A program made the position numbers and the translations under genes. 56,073 nt of DNA. It comes from Verrucomicrobiota bacterium. GTDB taxonomy: Bacteria > Verrucomicrobiota > Verrucomicrobiia > Limisphaerales > UBA9464. Position 1 is the first letter of the stretch; each line of letters begins with the position of its first letter. The stretch lies in contig JARXAF010000140.1 in assembly GCA_029865985.1 (NCBI GenBank), forward strand, positions 1 through 56,073. The letters run 5' to 3'. Shown piece by piece: positions 51,891 to 56,073 of this stretch. The notes under the pieces were generated by a model. The model saw nothing but the letters and a program-made list of their open reading frames with translations, ran no database searches and was not told the DNA's origin.

Positions 51891-54419
51891 ATGCAATTGC
51901 CCCTGTCATTCTGGATGGTTGCGCTCTGTCTTAGTGCATCCCTGATCTGCCCCGACTTGCACTCGGCCGAGCGTGGCTCAGACAAACCCATCCCGGCCAC
52001 GCCTGCGCTGCCGTCCATCCGATCGCTGAGACTCGAACCGAAGCAACTCACGCTGTTGAACGGGCGCGATTCTCGGAAGGTTCTGGTTCTTGGAGAAACC
52101 GCCGACGGGTCCTGGATCGACCTCAGTTCTGTGGCCTTGTTCAAACCGGAATCCGCCGCCATTGAACTGGATGCCGATGGCTATATGACAGCCCGCCAGG
52201 TGGGCAAATCCGGAGTGACGATCTCCGCGGGTGGCAAGAGCGCACGGCTGGAAGTCGATGCCCGGTCCGTCGCTTCCGCCGAAGTGGGATTCGTTCGGGA
52301 TATTGAACCCATTCTCAGCCGTGCGGGTTGCAACTCCGGCCCCTGCCACGGGTCGGCCAAAGGAAAGAACGGATTCAAGCTCGCCCTTCGAGGCTATGAT
52401 CCGGAATACGACTACCAAGCGTTGGTCAACGACCTGAGTGGGCGCCGCTTCAACCGGGTGCATGTGGATGAATCCCTCATGCTCCAAAAGCCCTTGGGGG
52501 ATATTCCCCACGAAGGGCGTCAGGCGTTGGTTCCCGGCTCACGTTATCACAAAACCTTGCGCCAGTGGATTTCCGAAGGAGCACGGTTCCAGGAGGTGGC
52601 GCCAAATCGACCGAATCGGATCCAGATCCTTCCCGATAAGGTGGAGTTGGATCTACCTGGCCGCCGCCAACAACTCCTGGTGATCGCCACCTACCCGGAC
52701 GGTTCCACGCGCGATGTGACCCGCGAGGCGGTCTTGAGCAGCAACAACGAGGAGATCGCCCTCGTGCAGAGCAACTCCGTCATCCCGCTACGCCGGGGTG
52801 AGATGGCCGTGCTGGTACGCTACGAAGGTCTCTACGATGCACGGGAAGTCACGGTCATGGGAGACCGCACCGGATTCCGATTTGCCGCCATGCCGGAATA
52901 CAATTTCATCGACCGGGCAGTGAATGCGAAGCTGGAGCGGCTCAAGATCAACCCCAGCGAATTGTGCAATGACGCGGAGTTCATCCGTCGGGTCTCGCTG
53001 GACATCACCGGCCAACCCCCGACGGCCGAGGCGGTGCGCGCCTTCCTGGGCGACCCGGCCGAATCCGGGAAAAAGCGCGAGGCGTTGGTGGACAGCCTCA
53101 TCGGTTCAACCGCCTACTCCGAATTTTGGGCAAACAAGTTCGCGGATCTGCTTCAGTGCAACTCCGAGAATTTGGGCAAGAAGGGCGTCTGGGTTTTCCG
53201 AAGCTGGATCCGCGACCAATTCGCGACGAACCGTCCCTTCGATCAGTTTGCCCAAGAACTCATCCTCGCTAAAGGCAGCACCTTCGAAAACCCCGCCGGA
53301 AATTACCTCCGTGCCCTGCGCGACTCGGGCAAGATGACCGAGGACATCTCCCAGACCTTCCTCGGGGTGCGATTCAACTGCAACAAGTGCCACGATCATC
53401 CGTTCGAGCGGTGGACACAAAATCAGTACTACGAGTTCGGGGCCTTCTTTGCTCAGGTGGCCTTCAAGCGTGGAACCCTCGGCCGCGATCACCTCATTCG
53501 TACCGGTGAGTCTTATGCCTACGAACAGGTTTCCGAGGAAGTGGTCTACCACAACGACCAGGGCGGTGAGATCAAGCATCCCAAGAACGATGCCGTGGTG
53601 GCTCCCAAGGTTCCCTATGGCGAAAACCGCGCGATCGTTGCCGGTGAGGACCGCCGAGATGCCTTTGCCGCTTGGCTCACCTCCAAAGACAACCCGTACT
53701 TCGCAAAGTCCACTGTGAACCGCTTCTGGAGCTACTTCTTCGGACGCGGGATCATTGATCCGGTGGACGATATCCGAGCTGGCAATCCTGCCAGCAACCC
53801 GGCACTGCTGGAAGCCCTCACGGCTCGTTTTGTAGCCGATGGGCACGATGTCCGGAAACTCATCCGACACATGGTGATGTCTCGAACCTACCAACTGAGC
53901 ATCGTTCCCAACCGCTGGAACGAAGACGACTTGGTCAACTTCTCTCATTCCCTGCCCCGCCGACTCAGTGCCGAGCAAATGCTCGATTCCATCGCGGTCG
54001 CCACCGGACGACCGCTGCAATTCTCCAACCTCCCCGACGGCATGCGTGCGGCGCAATTGCCCGACGGCATGGTGGCTGGAAACGACTTCCTCACGCTCTT
54101 CGGCCGACCCAAGCGGCAAAGTGCCTGCGAATGCGAACGCAGCAGCAATGTGACGCTATCCCACGCCTTGAACCTCATCAACGGCAAGACCCTGGGCGAA
54201 TGTGTGAACCGTTCCGACAACCGCTTCGCCCGCCTCGTCTCCGAACAAACCGACGATCGGAAGGTCATCGAAGAAATTTATCTCAGCTGTCTCTGCCGAC
54301 TGCCGACCCAGAAGGAATTGTCCTCGATCCGGTTGGGTGACGGAGCCCAACGCCTCGAAGGGGCCCAAGATCTGGCCTGGGCGTTGATCAACAGCCCGGC
54401 CTTCCTCTTCAATCGCTAG
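51891..54419 (+). CDS. DUF1549/DUF1553 protein with Ig-like domains and CxxCH-type motifs
   Basis: F..DI.PIL...[43 protein letters not shown]...PVDD, RRL.AEQ..D, ACECER. Confidence 0.9.
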   Translation: MQLPLSFWMVALCLSASLICPDLHSAERGSDKPIPATPALPSIRSLRLEPKQLTLLNGRDSRKVLVLGETADGSWIDLSSVALFKPESAAIELDADGYMTARQVGKSGVTISAGGKSARLEVDARSVASAEVGFVRDIEPILSRAGCNSGPCHGSAKGKNGFKLALRGYDPEYDYQALVNDLSGRRFNRVHVDESLMLQKPLGDIPHEGRQALVPGSRYHKTLRQWISEGARFQEVAPNRPNRIQILPDKVELDLPGRRQQLLVIATYPDGSTRDVTREAVLSSNNEEIALVQSNSVIPLRRGEMAVLVRYEGLYDAREVTVMGDRTGFRFAAMPEYNFIDRAVNAKLERLKINPSELCNDAEFIRRVSLDITGQPPTAEAVRAFLGDPAESGKKREALVDSLIGSTAYSEFWANKFADLLQCNSENLGKKGVWVFRSWIRDQFATNRPFDQFAQELILAKGSTFENPAGNYLRALRDSGKMTEDISQTFLGVRFNCNKCHDHPFERWTQNQYYEFGAFFAQVAFKRGTLGRDHLIRTGESYAYEQVSEEVVYHNDQGGEIKHPKNDAVVAPKVPYGENRAIVAGEDRRDAFAAWLTSKDNPYFAKSTVNRFWSYFFGRGIIDPVDDIRAGNPASNPALLEALTARFVADGHDVRKLIRHMVMSRTYQLSIVPNRWNEDDLVNFSHSLPRRLSAEQMLDSIAVATGRPLQFSNLPDGMRAAQLPDGMVAGNDFLTLFGRPKRQSACECERSSNVTLSHALNLINGKTLGECVNRSDNRFARLVSEQTDDRKVIEEIYLSCLCRLPTQKELSSIRLGDGAQRLEGAQDLAWALINSPAFLFNR

Positions 54420-54459
54420 ACCGGAAACCTCGCCCCCAGACCTCAAAAAACTCCCAACC

Positions 54460-55914
54460 ATGATCTCCATTCCTGGTCTTTCTGGTGCCACCTGCGACGG
54501 CTTCAATCGCCGCGAATTCATGCGACTCGGTGGTGCCGGACTGCTCGGCCTCAGCCTGGCCGACATTCTCCGTCTCCAGGCCGAACAACCCAAGGGAACC
54601 GGTCCCGCGGCCGGCCAGCCCAAGAACGGCTGGGGATCGGCCAAGCAGGTCCTCATGATCTACCTGCAGGGAGGCCCAAGCCACATCGACATCTGGGATC
54701 CGAAGCCGGACGCGCCGTCGAATGTGCGCGGTGACTTCAAACCCATCCGCACCAAGGTTCCGGGCATCCAACTCAGCGAGGTGATGCCCAAGCTGGCCCA
54801 GCAAATCGACCGGGCCACGCTCATCCGTTCGATGAGCTACACGCCGGCGGGCCTCTTCAACCACACGGCGGCAATTTACCAAATCATGACCGGCTACACG
54901 CCGGACCGTGTGTCCCCGTCGGGCCAGCTGGAACCGCCAGCCCCCAACGACTTCCCGCACATGGGAGCGCAGATCTCCCGCCTCAAACCGCTCGACATCC
55001 CGATGCTCCCCTTCGTGATGCTGCCGCGGCCGCTTCAGGAATCGAACGTCATTGGCAAAGGTGGCACGGCGGGTTTTCTGGGAGCCGCCTACGACCCCTA
55101 TTATTTTTATCAGGACCCGGCCAAGGGCATCAATCTCGACGACCTCACGCTGCGCAAAGAAGTCAGCAAGGAACGTCTGGATCGCCGATCCACCTTGCTC
55201 AAGGCCGTCAATGACGCGATGCCGGAGATGGAAAAGGCCGTCGAGAAATACGCTCTCGACCGCTATTACCAAAAGGCGTTCGACCTCGTCAGCAGCGGCC
55301 GCGCCCGGGACGCCTTCGACTTGTCCAAGGAGAAGGATGGTCTGCGGGATAAATACGGCCGCCACACCTTCGGCCAGGGCCTCTTGCTGGCCCGTCGCCT
55401 TCTGGAATCCGGGACCCGCTTCGTGCAAATGAACTGGCCCGCCGTGGCCAACGGGGACCCGACCGTCGATGCTTGGGACACGCATGCGGCCAACTTCGGT
55501 CCGCTGCGCAATTTGCACTGCCCCAAGCTGGATTCCGGGCTCAGCGCCCTTCTGGAGGATCTAGACGAGCGAGGTCTCCTGAAGGAGACCCTCGTGGTGG
55601 CCCTCGGCGAGTTCGGCCGCAGCCCCCGCCTCGGCGTGAGCACCAGCGGCAATACCAACTCGCCCGACGGGCGCGACCACTGGCCTTATTGCTACACGGC
55701 CTTGATCGCAGGTGCGGGTATTCGGCGCGGAGCCCTGTATGGCAAATCGGATGCGACCGGATCCTCGCCCGTCGAAACCCCGGTGCACCCGACCCAAATC
55801 GTGGCCACGGTGTATCACGCGCTGGGAATCGACCCACACACCATCGTCATGAACCACCTGAACCAGCCGCGCGAACTGGTCCAAGCCGAACCGGTCACCG
55901 ACCTCTTCGGCTGA
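54460..55914 (+). CDS. DUF1501 domain-containing protein
   Basis: CDG..RREF (Tat-like), GGPSH.D.WDPKP, Y.GRH.FGQ..LLARRL.E.G.RFV, WDTH, GEFGR.P, GRDHW. Confidence 0.93.
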   Translation: MISIPGLSGATCDGFNRREFMRLGGAGLLGLSLADILRLQAEQPKGTGPAAGQPKNGWGSAKQVLMIYLQGGPSHIDIWDPKPDAPSNVRGDFKPIRTKVPGIQLSEVMPKLAQQIDRATLIRSMSYTPAGLFNHTAAIYQIMTGYTPDRVSPSGQLEPPAPNDFPHMGAQISRLKPLDIPMLPFVMLPRPLQESNVIGKGGTAGFLGAAYDPYYFYQDPAKGINLDDLTLRKEVSKERLDRRSTLLKAVNDAMPEMEKAVEKYALDRYYQKAFDLVSSGRARDAFDLSKEKDGLRDKYGRHTFGQGLLLARRLLESGTRFVQMNWPAVANGDPTVDAWDTHAANFGPLRNLHCPKLDSGLSALLEDLDERGLLKETLVVALGEFGRSPRLGVSTSGNTNSPDGRDHWPYCYTALIAGAGIRRGALYGKSDATGSSPVETPVHPTQIVATVYHALGIDPHTIVMNHLNQPRELVQAEPVTDLFG

Positions 55915-55984
55915 GCCATTCAACACCCCAGAAGCCCGATCCCACGTCGATCCGGAACGACCCATCGGAAGACTCCTGTTTTTC

Positions 55985-56073
55985 ATGAGACCCACTCTCG
56001 CCCTGGTGGTTGCATGGCTGTCGCTCTCAGGCATCCTGACGGCACAACCCGCTCCCAAACTGGATTCCGCTTC
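55985..56073 (+). CDS. 5' part of a secreted protein, next gene of the DUF1553/DUF1501 cluster (truncated by the window end)
   Basis: ATG at 55985, MRPTLALVVAWLSLSGILTAQPAPKLDS signal peptide, frame open to the end. Confidence 0.6.
   Translation, partial: MRPTLALVVAWLSLSGILTAQPAPKLDSA

Overview
Gene-dense, GC-rich bacterial chromosome segment. Gene content (H-X9-DG prepilin-like proteins, a DUF1549/DUF1553 + DUF1501 cluster, DUF1080, dnaB-bamA-skp order, almost no Shine-Dalgarno motifs) points by inference to Verrucomicrobiota, PVC superphylum. About 40 CDS are supportable. Housekeeping genes: ptsH, gatC, guaB, dnaB, bamA, skp, ispD, rpoD, xseA, lepB, pepP, folK, dapB, coaD. Carbohydrate genes: a Na+/solute symporter, a GH13+GH133 debranching enzyme, GH31, CE15, PfkB and DUF1080. 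There are two signalling proteins. No rRNA, tRNA, CRISPR array or transposase was seen. The most striking element is a single 713-aa ORF fusing a YwlE-type low-molecular-weight (probably phospho-arginine) phosphatase, ribose-5-phosphate isomerase B and serine hydroxymethyltransferase, with all three catalytic motifs intact. Other notable items are a ~1470-aa eukaryote-style bifunctional glycogen debranching enzyme, three translationally coupled and diverged CNNM/CorB paralogues, an MBL-pseudoreceiver-GAF protein, a histone-H1-like N-terminal tail on RpoD, and a pilin-like/glycosidase cassette. All calls come from motif recognition by eye; no database searches were run.
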